Shown: positions 14,115 through 27,379 of the stretch, piece by piece
Position numbering within the stretch: the first letter of the stretch is position 1
Layout: each line of letters opens with the position of its first letter
Assembly (NCBI GenBank): GCA_026770705.1
Contig: JANJGN010000146.1
Location: 186,001 to 250,000 of the forward strand
DNA length: 64,000 nt
Origin: Isurus oxyrinchus
Taxonomy: Eukaryota
Reading direction: 5' to 3'
Made by a program: the position numbers and the translations under genes
Notes under the pieces: generated by a model
What the model was told of the DNA's origin: nothing
Databases searched by the model: none
Seen by the model: only the letters and a program-made list of their open reading frames with translations

Positions 14115-15255
14115 CATAATGGTCAGGAAAGCGGGATCTCAGGATATGCAGGGGAAGGTGGCAGGTTGGATCCAAATTTGTCTCATGGCAGGAAACAAAG
14201 TGCAATGGTCAATGGGTGTTTCTGCGAAAGGGAAACGGTTCCCAGTGCTTTTCCACAACGCTCAGTGCTGGGCTCTTGCTGTTTGTTGTGTTGATTAATA
14301 ACTTAAACTTAAATGTGAGAGGCATGATTGGGAAATTTGCAGATGACGCAAAAATTGGTCGTGTAGTGGAGAGACTAGCTGTGGACTCCAAAATGACATG
14401 ACTGGTTTGGTTGAGTAGGCGAAGTGGCAAATGGGATTGAATTTGGAAAAGTGTGAACTAATGCATTTGAGAGGCGGAGGGGACAAAGCAAAGGAATTCT
14501 CAATAAACAGAAAGATATTGGGAGGTTGAGGAAGTGCGAGACCTTGGGGTGGATGTTCACAGCTCCCCGAAAGTTGGCAGGACAGGTGGACAAGGTGGTC
14601 AAGAAAACATATGCAATGTTTTTCTTTATTGGGCGAGGTATTGAACAGAAAAGCAAGGATGTAATAATGGAACTGTGTAAAACACTGGTTCAGCTACAGC
14701 TGGAGGTTTGCGTACAATCCTGGTCACCACGTTACAAGAAAGCATAATCGCTCACAGAGAGCTTAGAGGAGATTTACAAGAACGTTGCCAGGGCTTGAAA
14801 ATAGCAGCTATGAGGAGAGATTAGATATGCTAGGGCTGTTTTCCTTAGAACAGAGAAGGCTAAGGGGTGACATGATTCAGGTGTACAAAATGACGAGGGG
14901 CCTAGATAGGGCAGACAAGGAAGAGTTGTCCCTCGTCACTGAGCCGTCAGTTATCAGGGGGAACAGAGTTAAGGTGATTGGTAGACAGATTAGAGGGGAC
15001 ATGAGGAAAAACATTTTCACCAAGATGGTGGTTGACATCTGGAATTCACTGCATAAGTTGGTGGTTGAAGTAGAAACGGTCAGCCCATTTAAAAGGCACC
15101 TGGATCTGCATCTGAACTGATGTAACCTGCAAGGTTATGGACCAGGTGCTGGGAATTGGGGTTAAAATGAGCGGCAAGTTTCTTTTATTTTTGGCCAGTG
15201 CAATCACAATGGGCTGAATGGCCTCTTTCTGCACCATAACTTTTCTAGGGTTCTA
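14115..15255 (+). mobile_element. CR1 LINE RT/3' fragment
   Basis: GKFADDAKIG, LEVCVQSWSP and SYEERLDMLGLFSLEQRRLRGD motifs. Confidence 0.92.
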
Positions 15256-16389
15256 TGTTTCTATTATCTGACAGTTTTTAAGCTCTAAAGTATGTATACT
15301 CTTTCCAAAGTTGAATTCGCTTCTGCTATCATTTCAGCTTGTTCTTTCCAGCTCATGACAACTCACCGTGTTAAAAAATTCAGTTCTAATCTCACCATCC
15401 AGTTGAATTAATCTGAATCTGTCATCTCTGATCACTGATTGTTGTGCCAGTTGAAACGGGCTCTCTTTATTTACTCCATCAAACCTTTAGTGATTTTGAA
15501 CATGTGTATGAAAGAGATGTAGAGATGGAGAGAGATGCCAGAACTGACACAGAGCATAAAACTGAGCGAGGTTAAAGAGAAATAAGGAAGAGGCGGCGTG
15601 AGAGGTAAATTGAGAAATAAAGCCAACAAGCAACACAGAGCAAATGTCACAAAATATAAGGGAGCAAGCGGTCATTTCCCAGCTTTAGAGAACAGGGGAA
15701 GTTCAGTGAATGATCCACAGACACATCCAGTTATGGTCTGGAATGGCAACTCGAAATAGAAATAGATCACAGCAGCCCCATTTGTAAATCTCACCGCAAT
15801 GTGATCTGTGTGATGCTGCACTGACTCTGTGGCCAGATATAGGCCGCCTTCACAGATGTTTCCACCAGATTGTGGCCCCTAGATTTATTTACTGCTCAGA
15901 AGTGAGATGTGTGGTTAGGAACCAGCAGCAGAGAAACAGGAAGTGGTGTTACCTGAGAATGAAACAGCAGCCGTCAGTTTGATGTTATCACCATGAACAG
16001 TCTTCCTGCCTGTGAGGGTGAACTCACTCTGACAGCATCAAGAAGCCCAGCATAGATTGTTCCTAGTTTTTACATTGCATTCACCTCCATTCCCATATAA
16101 AAAACAAAACATATGAGTTTCTATTGGTTGTAGCATGTTTATTGAAGGTGGAGGTGGATTAAGGATTATCACTGGGAGAAAAAAATAAAAAAAAATTAAA
16201 AATCCTTCACAGATGACTCCTTGGGTAAAGAATGTTTTAAATGAATCATGTGTTGTCTGGTAAAGGGACAAGAGAGTTAAATGGCCTCTGTGTAAGAGCG
16301 GGGTTAAATAATTTATATTGTGTCTGAGACAGTTTAAGTGATTAAGTTGCTGTTTTGGAAAGAAAAGAGGACAAGATGCTGAGCTGTTG

Positions 16390-16545
16390 AGAGAGAGAGA
16401 GAGAGACAGAGAGAGAGAGATAAGAGATTAAATGTGTTTCATGAAGCTTATCCGTCCGTCCGTCCGTCCGTCCATCCACCCATCCATCTATCTATCTATC
16501 CATCTATCCATCTATCTATCTATCCATCTCTCTATCTGTCTATGA
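16390..16545. repeat. (GA)n, (TCCG)n and (TCTA)n microsatellites
   Basis: Directly visible. Confidence 0.9.
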
Positions 16546-17414
16546 GATGGTGTTTCGTGTAGTCTTAAATGAGCTGTGGCCTAGTGTGTTGTAAACATAA
16601 ACAGTGTTTGGATCAGTCTAACTGAGGAACATCCTTGTGTAATTTAAAAGCACTCCGGCTTGAAGGTGATAACTCAGACTAGCCTAATTTAATAGAAATA
16701 GAGATATGGACTATTTTAATATTAGATGAAGTAGGTTCGGCTGTAACAGTAACGGAGACATTGTCTAAAGCAGAAAAACTGAGGCTGAATCCACTGCAGC
16801 CATTACATATAAAGTAACTGGAGGAAAATACTTTCATACAGCGCCTAGGGGCAGTGATTGATGATACAGGGTTTGATCAATATAAACGGAGACACGGTCA
16901 AGCGCACTGGCTGATGATACAGGGTTTGATCAGTAACAACTGAGGCAGGGACTAGTGCAGTGATTGATGATACAGGGCCTAGATTAATATCAATTGAAAC
17001 AGGGCCTAGTGAAGGAATTACTTATTAAGCTCCTTGATGAATATAAACTGAGACGAGGTCTAGTAGCAGTGATTAGTGTAACAGGGTCTAGATTTAAATG
17101 AATTGAGGCATGGTAAAGTGCAGTGATTACTGATACAAGACCGAGATTGATATAAACTGGGACAGTGCCTAGTGCAGCGATGACTGTTACTGTGCAGAGA
17201 TTAATGTAAACTGAGACAATGCCTAGTGAATGAATTACTGATTAAGAGCCTTGGTGAATATAAAGTGGGGCAGGGGCAAGTGCAGTGATTACTGATGTAA
17301 GGCCTAGATTTATATAAAGTGAGGGAGGGTCAAGTTCTGTGATTACTGATACTGGACCTGGGTTAAAATGAACAGAACAGAATCTAGTGCCGCCATTACC
17401 GATACATCACCTGA

Positions 17415-18810
17415 CATAGGTGTACAACCTCATATCCCTCACATGGGAAGGGGACTGCATGCTGAGGGAGCTCAGGAATGCTCTGATTATGAGTCTACTC
17501 AAGAAGGGAGACAAGTCTGATTGCAGTAACCTGAAAGGAGCCCCTTTGCTGTCTTCCAGAGGGAAGATTATTGCAAGCATCCTCCTTAGTCACAAACTTA
17601 CCATGACCACAGAGCTCTTTACAGAGGCGCAGTGACGTTTTCTGCCATCGAGAGGCACCATGGTGTTCACTGTGTGACAAATCAATGAGAAATGCCACAA
17701 GCAGCAGCAACAGCTGCACACGGCCTTGCTCCGCATCACAAATGCCTTTTCCTCTGCTGACGATTAAGACATATGGAGTATCCCCTCAAATTTGGTGCCG
17801 TCAGAAATTTTTCACCATCCTCCATCTGTTCCACAAGGGATTGCAAGCCCTGATCCTCACCAGCGGAACCATCACGGACCCCACCTCTGTGAAAACTGGG
17901 TCAGACAGGCTTGTGTAACCGCACCAACCCTCTCCTCATTGTTTTCTCTATGTAATAGTTCACCTCACCTCCAGAGGATTACCCACAGGTTGGAGATAAT
18001 CTAGCAAACAGACAGGAAACTGTTGATCCTACACCACCTTCAATCCAAAACCAAAATCTCCCAGCATCATTCACTGAGCTTCAGTAATCTTCTGGTTCTT
18101 GTGTGCACCCTTACTGAAAACTGAGCTCCAGGTCATTGCTGACAACTTCTTTGAAGGATATGAAAAAATTGGCTTTTCATTAATCACCCAGAGTGATAAG
18201 ACTCACTTCCAAACAGCCCCCAGACCACAAAACCTCCCTCATTGGCAAGATCCAGAAAATGTGGATCTTCTTCAATACCTTCGGAGACTCCTCTCTAGGA
18301 AGGCAGAAGTAGGCAACAAAACTCATCATCGAGTCGAAAGCGGCCGGCCAGCCTTTGGCTGACAGACGATCACGGTATTTGAGGATTAGAATTCCAAACC
18401 CAAGTCTCTGGCCATGGTATACTGGGCAGCAGTGATCTCCAAGCACCTAAATGTTTCTGGACTTGGACAACGCCGAGTAGGCACCTCTAAGTTCTGAAGA
18501 ATTAATACCAGCAGTGCCATTAGAAGGTTCTACAAACCCAATGTAGGAAAGGCAGTCAGACAGCAGTGTCCTCTCTCAAACCAATATGCCCAACAGAGAG
18601 ACCCTCATCACTCAATAGCGACTCTGCTGGGTGGAACATATGGTTCGTATGCTGAACACAAAACTCCCAAAGTCATTAATCCACTTGGAACTCTGTCTCG
18701 GCAGGAGGCAGATAGAGTGCTTGAGGGATGTGCTCAAAGCATCCCAGAAATGTTCGAACATATCTGCCAGTTCATGGGGGTCCCTAGTTTGTGGCTGACC
18801 AAAATCAAAG
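17415..18810 (+). mobile_element. RTE-clade LINE RT fragment inserted in the satellite
   Basis: KKGDKSDCSN.KG..LLS..GKIIASILL and VKTG/VRQACVTAPTL motifs typical of RTE RT. Confidence 0.8.
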
Positions 18811-18849
18811 AAGCTTATTCGGGAAGGCTGATGTCCACTAATATCCTTC

Positions 18850-19160
18850 AGGGGAGTCACGCCAGGGTCACTCAGCTCCTGATCCCATTACAGCCTTGGT
18901 CTAAACATGGACAAATGAGCTAAAATCTAAAGTTGAGGTGAAAGTAACAGCCTTTGATATGAAGGCAGCATCTGTCAGAGTGTGGCATCAAGGAGCAAAA
19001 CTGGAGTCAATGGGAATCAGGGGGGAAACTCTCTGTTGGTCAGTGTCATCTGTAACACAGACGAAGCTGGTTGTGGTTGTTGGAGAATTAATCATCTCAG
19101 TTCCAGAACATCACTGCAGTTGTTAATTAGGTTAATGCCCTAGGTCCAACCATCTTTAGC
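18850..19160 (+). mobile_element. LINE family A RT fragment
   Basis: TAFDMKAASVRVWHQGAKLESMGIRGETL; same as 36800-36900. Confidence 0.75.
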
Positions 19161-22100
19161 AGAGTCTGCAGATGGCGCATTGGGCCTAACAGCCAAATCA
19201 GAACATATCGAAGTGGCATGGCAGCATGTCATCCTCGATCCTGAGGGAATGCCTAAGAAGAAGGAGACAGTCTCTAGATGAATTTAAACCGAGACAGAAC
19301 ATAGTGCAGTGATTACTGATTCAGGTTCTAGATTAATCTGTACGTCTATTACAGAAACAGGGGTGAGATTGGTATTGACTAGAATAGAGTCTAGTGCAGT
19401 AATAACTTAACAGACCCTAAGTATTATAAGCGGAGTAGGGGCATTGTGCAGTAATTATAGATACAGTGCCTCGGTTACTCTAAACTGAGATAGGGCCTAT
19501 TACAGTGAATGCTGATACAGGGCTTAGAATAAAACAACCTGAGACAGCATCTACCACAGTGATTACAGACACAGGGCCTAGATTTATATAAACGGAGACA
19601 GGGTTTGTTAGTGTAATTTCTGATACAGTTCCTCGGTTAATATAAGCTCAGACAGGGCCTTTTACATTGATTACTAATACAGGGCCGAGATTAATTGAAG
19701 CTACGACTGGATCTATTACAGAGAGTACTGATGCAAGGTAAAGATTCATATAAACTGAGGCAGGGTCTATTACAGCGATTCCTGATACAGGGTCTATATT
19801 CATATAAATTGAGACAGGGTCAATCACAATGCTTATTGATACAGGCTCTAAATTAATATTGGCTGTGGGCAGGGTTTATTACAGTAATTACCAATACAAT
19901 GTCTGTATTAATATAAAAAGAGACGTGGTCTATCACAGTGATTACTGATACAAGGTCTGTATTAATATAAAGTCTATTACACTGATTATTGATACAAGGT
20001 ATGGATTGATATCAGCTGAGGCTGTGCTTATCACAGTGACTACTCACACAAGTTTTGGATTAACATAAACTGAGACAGGGTCTATTCCAATAATTACCAA
20101 CACAATTCCTGTATTAATATTAACTGACACAGGGTCTATTACAGAGATAACTGATACAAGCTATGAATACATATCAACTGAGGCAGGGTCTATTACAGTA
20201 ATTCTGACACAAAGAAAGGATTCATACCAACTGATGCATTGTCTGGGTTAATATAAGCTGAGACGGGGTCTATCACAGTTATTAATGATAAATGGTCTAG
20301 ATTAATTTGAATGGAGACAAGGTATATTACAGTGATTACTGATACAAATTATGTATTAATACAAACTGTGACAGGGTCTATTACAATGATTACTGATACA
20401 ACTATGGATTCATATCAACTAATACAGGGCCGATTACAGTGATCACTGATACAATGTCTGGGTTAATATAAACTTGGACAGGGTATATTCGAGTGATTAC
20501 AGATACATGGTATTGATTAAAATTACCTGAGACAGGGTCTGTTACATTTAATAATGATAAATGGTCTGGATTAATATAAACTGTGACAAGGTCTATTACA
20601 ATGACTACTGATACAAGATATGGATTAACATAAACTGAGACAGGGTCTATCATAATGATTACTGATTCAGGGTCTGGATTAATTTAAAGCAAGACAAGGT
20701 CTATTACAGTGATTACCAGTACAAGGCTTGGATGGATATAAACATAGTCAGGGTCTACTTCAGTGATTAATGATACAAAGTATTGATGAATAGCAATTAT
20801 GACAGGGTCTATTATGGTAATTACTGATACATGGTCTAGAGAAATATAACTTGAGGCAGGGTTTATATCAGGGTCTATTACAGTGATTACTGATACAGAG
20901 TCTAGATTAATATAAATGGAGACAGGGTCAATCACACAGCGTCAATACAGGATCTACATTAATATAGACTTAGCACCGGGTCTATTACAGTAATTGCGAA
21001 TACAATGTCTATGTTAATATAAACTGAAACATGGTCTATCACAGTGATTACTGAAACAAGGTATGTACTAATATAAACTGAGACAGGGTCTATTACAATG
21101 ACGACGGATAAAAGGCATGGATTTGTATCAACTGAGATAGGGTTTATCACAGTGGTTACTGATACAGTGTCTGGATTAGTATAAACTGAGACAAGGTCTT
21201 TTACTTTGATTACTGATGTATGGTACTGATTAAAACAACTTGAAAGGGCCTTTTACAATGACTACCAATACAGGGCCTAGATTAATATAATAGACAGTGT
21301 CTATTATAGTGTTTATCAATACAAGGCTGGGATTGATATAAATTCATTTAGAGTCTACTTCAGTGATTACGGATACAAGGTATTGATTAATATCAACTGA
21401 GACAGGGACTTTTATTTTGATTACTGAGACAAGGTCTGCATTAATATAAACCAAGGCATGGTCTATTACAGTGGTTACTGATACAAGGTGTTGATTAACA
21501 TCAACTGTGTCAGGGTCAATTTCAGTGATGACTGATACAGGGTCTAGATGAATATAAACTGTGTCAAGGTCTATTGGAGTAATTACTATTACAAGTAATG
21601 GACTTACATAAACTGAGACAGGGCGTATTACAGTCATTCCTGATGAAGGGTATTGATTAATAAATTGATGAACAGATTTTATTGCAGTGATTAGTGATGC
21701 AAGAAATGTCTTAATATCCACTGAGAAAGGGTGTATTAACTTAATTACAAAATTCTATGCCTGTATTACTATAGACTGAGAGAGGGTATCTAAAAGTTGT
21801 TATTGATACAAGGTATGGATTAATATCAACTGAGGCAGGATCTATTACAGTGCTTATTAAATACAGTCTAGATTAGTATAAATGGAGACAGGGTCAATCA
21901 CAATGATTATTGATACAGAATGTAGGTGAATACAGACTAAGGACAGGGCCTATTACAGTAATTACCAATATAATGCCTGTCTTAATTAGTGATTACTGAT
22001 ATAAAGTATGGATTAATATCAACTGAGACAGAGCTTGTTATAGTGACTACAGATACAAGTTTTTAGATTCACATAAACTGAGGCATGATCTAATACGGTT

Positions 22101-24563
22101 ATTACCAATGCAATGTCTGTGTTAATATAAACTGAGACAGTGCCTATTACAGAGCTTACTGATGCAAGATATGGATTCATATCAATTCATCGAGGGTCAG
22201 TTAAAGTGATTACTGATACAGGGTCTGGATTAATATAAATTGAGACAGGGTCCATTAGAGTGATTACTGATACAAGTTATGGATTAATATAAACTGAGAC
22301 AAGGCCTATTACAATGATTACTCATATATGGTATGGATTAAAATAAACTCAGACAGAATCTGTTACATTGATTTCTGATACAGGGTCTAGGGTAATCTAA
22401 ACTGAGGCAGGGTCTATTAAAGTAATTACCAATACGAGATCTGAATTAATATAAACTGAGACAGGGTACATTACTGTGATTACCAATAGAAGGCCTGTAT
22501 TGATATAAACTAAGTCAAGGTCAGCGTCAGTGATTACTGATTCAAGGTTTTGATTAATATCAACTGAGACAGGGCCTATTACAATGATTAGTGACACAGG
22601 ATCAAGAAAAATATAAACTGAAAGATGGCCTAATACAGTGATTACAGATGCAAGGCATGGAGTAATATCAACTGAGATAGGGTCTATTGCAGTGATTACT
22701 AATGCAGGGTCTAGATTAATATCAACTGAGACAGGGTCTATTACAGTGATTACTGATACAGGGTCTAGATTAATATAAATGGAGACACTGTCAATCAGAA
22801 TGATTATTGATACAGGATCTAGGTGAATATGGACTCAGGGCAGTGTCTATTCAGTGATTACTGATACAAGTTATCAGTTAATATAAACTGAGACAGGTTC
22901 TATTACAGTAATTACCAATGCAATATTCGTATTGATTTAAACCGAGACAGGGTCTTTTACAATGATTAATAAGCAAGGTCAGTATTAATATAAACTGAGA
23001 CAGAGCCTATTACAGTGATTACTGATACATGGTATGGATTAATAAAAAATGAGACAGGGTTTATCACAGTAATTACTGATACATGGCATGCATTAAAATA
23101 AACTGGGACAGTATCTGTTACATTTCTTACTGACGCATGGTCTAGATTCAGGCAAATAGAGACCATGTCTCTTTCAGTGATTAATAATACAAGGTCTGGA
23201 TTGATATAAATTGAGACAGGGTCTATTCCAGTCATTATCGAGACTAGGTCTGTGCTAATATAGTCTTAGTCAGCATCTACTTCAGTGATTACTGATACAA
23301 GGTATTGATTAATATCAACTGAGACAGGATCTGTTACAGTGGTTATTGGTAAAATATTTGGATTGTTATAAACTGAGATTGGGTCTTTTACAGTCTAATA
23401 CAAGGCCTGTATTAATATAAAATGAGACATGGTCCATTCCAGTGATTACTGATACAAGTTATGTATTAAAATAAAGTGAGACAAGGTCTGTTAGATTTAT
23501 TATTGATACATGGTATGGATTAAAGGAAACTGAGACAGAGTCCATTACAGTGATCACCAATACAAGACCTGGACTGATATAAACTGAGATATGGACTATT
23601 CCAGCCATTACCAAGACAAGGTCTGTATTGATGTAAACTGAGTCAGGGTCTAATTCAGTGATCACTGATTCAAGGTATTAATTAATAACAACACAGAAAG
23701 GGTCTGTTACAGTGTAACAATGTATGGATTGAAATAAACTGAGTCAGGGTCTTTTACACTGATTACTGAGACAAGGTCTGTGTTAATGTAAACTGAGACA
23801 GGTTCTCTAACATTGTTTGCTGATACAAGGTATGGATTAATTTCAACTGAGGCAGGGCCAGTACAGTGATCATTGATACAAGGTATCAATTTACATAAAC
23901 TGAGACAGGGTTTATTATAGTGACTACTGATACAAGTTATGGATTCATATCAACTGAGACAGGGTCCATTGCAGTGATTACTAATGCTGGTTATGGGGAT
24001 AATATATACTGAGACAGAGTACATTACAATGATTACTGATACACGGTATGAATTAAGATTAGCAGAGACATGTTCTATTACAGTGATTACCAACAAAAGA
24101 CCTATATTGATATAAACTGAGCCACGGTCTACTGCAGTGGTCACTGATACAAAGCATTGATTAATATCAACAGAGACAGGGTCTGTTACACTGATTACTG
24201 TTACAATGTATGGATTGAAATAAACCTAAAGAGGGTGTTATACAGTGACTAATGATATAATGTCTGCATTAATATAAATGGAGATTGGGTCTCTTTTAGT
24301 GGTTACTGATACAAGGCATGGATTAACATCAACTGAGGTAGGGTCTATTACAGTAATTACTAATATAGGACCTAGATTAATATAAACTGAGGGAAGGCCT
24401 ATATCAATGATTACTGTTACAATGTATGGATTGCTAAAGAAGTACAAAGGGTCTATTTCAGTGATTACTATACGTGGCCCGTATTAATATCAATTAAGGC
24501 AGGGTCCATTACAGTGATAGAAGGCATGGGCTAATACAATATGAGACAGAGTCTATTACAGTG

Positions 24564-24790
24564 AAAAAACTCAGAAGGTCTGGCAGCATCGGCAGAGAAG
24601 AAAAGAGTTGACACTTTGAGTCCTCATGACCCTTCAACAGAACTGAGTGAATCCTGGGCTCATCTTTCCATGAGGACTCGAAACATCAATTCTTTTCTTC
24701 TCCGCCGATGCTGCCAGACCTGTTGAGTTTTTCCAGGTAATCCTGTTTTTGTTTTGGATTTCCAGCATCCACAGTTTTTTTGTTTTTTTA
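24564..24790. mobile_element. Hairpin (inverted-repeat) element, probably Penelope-derived, inserted in the satellite
   Basis: Arms 24564-24630 and 24670-24733 are near reverse complements; flanked by a repeated TCTATTACAGTG (24552-24563, 24791-24802). Confidence 0.7.
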
Positions 24791-26177
24791 TCTATTACAG
24801 TGTTTACTGCTACAAGGTCTGGGCTGGTGTAAATTGAGACAGGGTGTATTACTGTGACTACTGATACAGGGTCTGAATTGATATAATCTGATACTGGGTG
24901 TAGTACAGTAATTTCTGATGCAGGGCCTAGGTTAATATTCACTGCGACAGGGTCCATTACATTGAACATTGATACAAGGTCTGTGTTAATTTAAGGTGAG
25001 GCAGAATCTCTTTCAGTGATTGCTGATACAATGTATGGATTAATATCAAGTAAGGCAAGGTCTCTTTCAGTGGTTACTGATGCAACATATGAATTAATAT
25101 CAACTGATGCAGGGCCTATTACAGTGATTACTGATACAGGGTCTAGATTTATATAAACTGAGACAGATTCGGATACAGTGTTAATGATGCAAGGTCTGGA
25201 CTGGTGTAAACTGAGACAGCATGTTTTACAGTGACTACTGCCACAGGGTCTGTATTGATATAATCTGAAACTCGGTACAGGACAATGATCACTGATACAG
25301 GTTCTGGATTAATATAAACTGAGACTGGGTCTAGTACAGTGATTACTGATGCATGGTATGGATTAAAATAAACTGGAAAGGGTCAATTAATGTGGTTAAC
25401 GACATAAGGCCTACGTTAATATAAACTGAGAATAGGTCAATTACATTAGTTAATGATACAGGGCCTAGATTAATATAAACTGAGACAGGCTCAATTACAG
25501 TGATTACTGTTAAATGGTCTCAATTAATTTAAACATATACTCAGTCTATTACAATGATTACTGATACAGGGTCCAGGTTAATTTAAACTGAGACAAGGCC
25601 TATTGAAGTGATTACCAGTACAATATCTGCATTAATATAAATAGCAACAGTGTCTATTCAAGTGAATACTGATACAAGGCATGGATTAATATAGATGGAG
25701 CCAGTGTGTATTACTGTGAATACTGATACAGGTTATGGGTTAATATAAACTGAGGTAGGCTCTATTACAGCATTCACCAATACAATATCTATGACTATAT
25801 AAACTGAGAAAGGGTATTTTAGAGCGATTATTGATTCAAGGCATGGATTAATATAAACTGAGACTTGGTCTATTATAGTGATTGCTGATACATGGCATTT
25901 ATTAACATAAACTGAGACACAGTCTATTACAGTGATAACCAATACAAGGCCTGGGCTGATATTAACTGAGACAGGGTCTATTCCAGTGATTAACAAGACA
26001 AGGTCTATATTGATATAAAGTGTGCCAGGGTTTTTACAGGGATTACTGATACAAGGTATTGATTACTATCAACTGAGGCAGGGCCTCGTATGGTGATTAC
26101 TAATACAAGGTTTGTATTAATAAAAACTGAGACAGGGTCTCTTTCAGTGCTTACTGATACAAGACATGGATTAATAT

Positions 26178-27379
26178 AAACTGAGACAGTGTGTATTACA
26201 GTGAATACTGAAACAGGTTATGCGTTATTATAAACTGAGACAGTGTGTATTACAGTGAATACTGAAATAGGTTATGGGTTATTATAAACTGGGACAGTGT
26301 GTATTACAGTGAATACTGAAACAGGTTATGGGTTATTATAAACTGAGACAGTGTGTATTACAGTGAATACTGAATCAGGTTATGGGTTATTATAAACCAG
26401 GACAGTGTGTATTAAAGTGAATACTGAAAGAGGTTATGGGTTATTATAAACTGGGACAGTGGGTATTACAGTGAATACTGAAACAGGTTATGGGTTATTA
26501 TAAACTGGGACAGTATGTATAACAGTGACTACTAAAACAGGTTATGGGTTATTATAAACTGGGACAGTGTGTATTACAATGAATACTGAAACAGGTTATG
26601 GGTTATTATAAACTGGGACAGTGTGTATTACAGTGAATACTGAAACAGGTTATGGGTTATTATAAACTGAGACAGTGTGTATTACAGTGAATACTGAAAC
26701 AGGTTATGGGTTATTATAAACTGGGACAGTGTGTATTACAGTGAATACTGAAACAGGTTTATGGGTTATTATAAACTGAGACAGTGGGTATTACAGTGAA
26801 TACTGAAGCAGGATATGGGTTATTATAAACTGAGACAGTGGGTATTACAGTGAATACTGAAACAGGTTATGGGTTATTATAAACTGAGACAGTATGTATA
26901 ACAGTGACTACTAAAACAGGTTATGGGTTATTATAAACTGGGACAGTGTGTATTACAGTGAATACTGAAACAGGTTATGGGTTATTATAAACTGGGACAG
27001 TGTGTATTACAGTGAATACTGAAACAGGTTATGGGTTATTATAAACTGAGACAGTGTGTATTACAGTGAATACTGAAACAGGTTATGGGTTATTATAAAC
27101 TGGGACAGTGTGTATTACAGTGAATACTGAAACAGGTTTATGGGTTATTATAAACTGAGACAGTGGGTATTACAGTGAATACTGAAACAGGATATGGGTT
27201 ATTATAAACTGAGACAGTGGGTATTACAGTGAATACTGAAACAGGTTATGGGTTATTATCAACTGGGACAGTGTGTATTACAGTGAATACTGAAACAGGT
27301 TATGGGTTATTATAAACTGGGACAGTGTGTATTACAGTGAATACTGAAACAGGTTATGTGTTATTATAAACTGAGACAG
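26178..27379 (+). repeat. Homogenised sub-array, about 22 near-identical 54-bp units
   Basis: Unit AAACTG(A/G)GACAGTGTGTATTACAGTGAATACTGAAACAGGTTATGGGTTATTAT. Confidence 0.95.

Noticed and set aside
20402-25996. Many minus-strand ORFs with VSVITVIDPVSVYINP repeats
   Set aside because: By-product of a 54-bp (multiple of 3) satellite; frequent stops, no splice or start context.
26178-27379. CRISPR-like regular array
   Set aside because: Units are contiguous with no unique spacers; vertebrate DNA; no cas genes.
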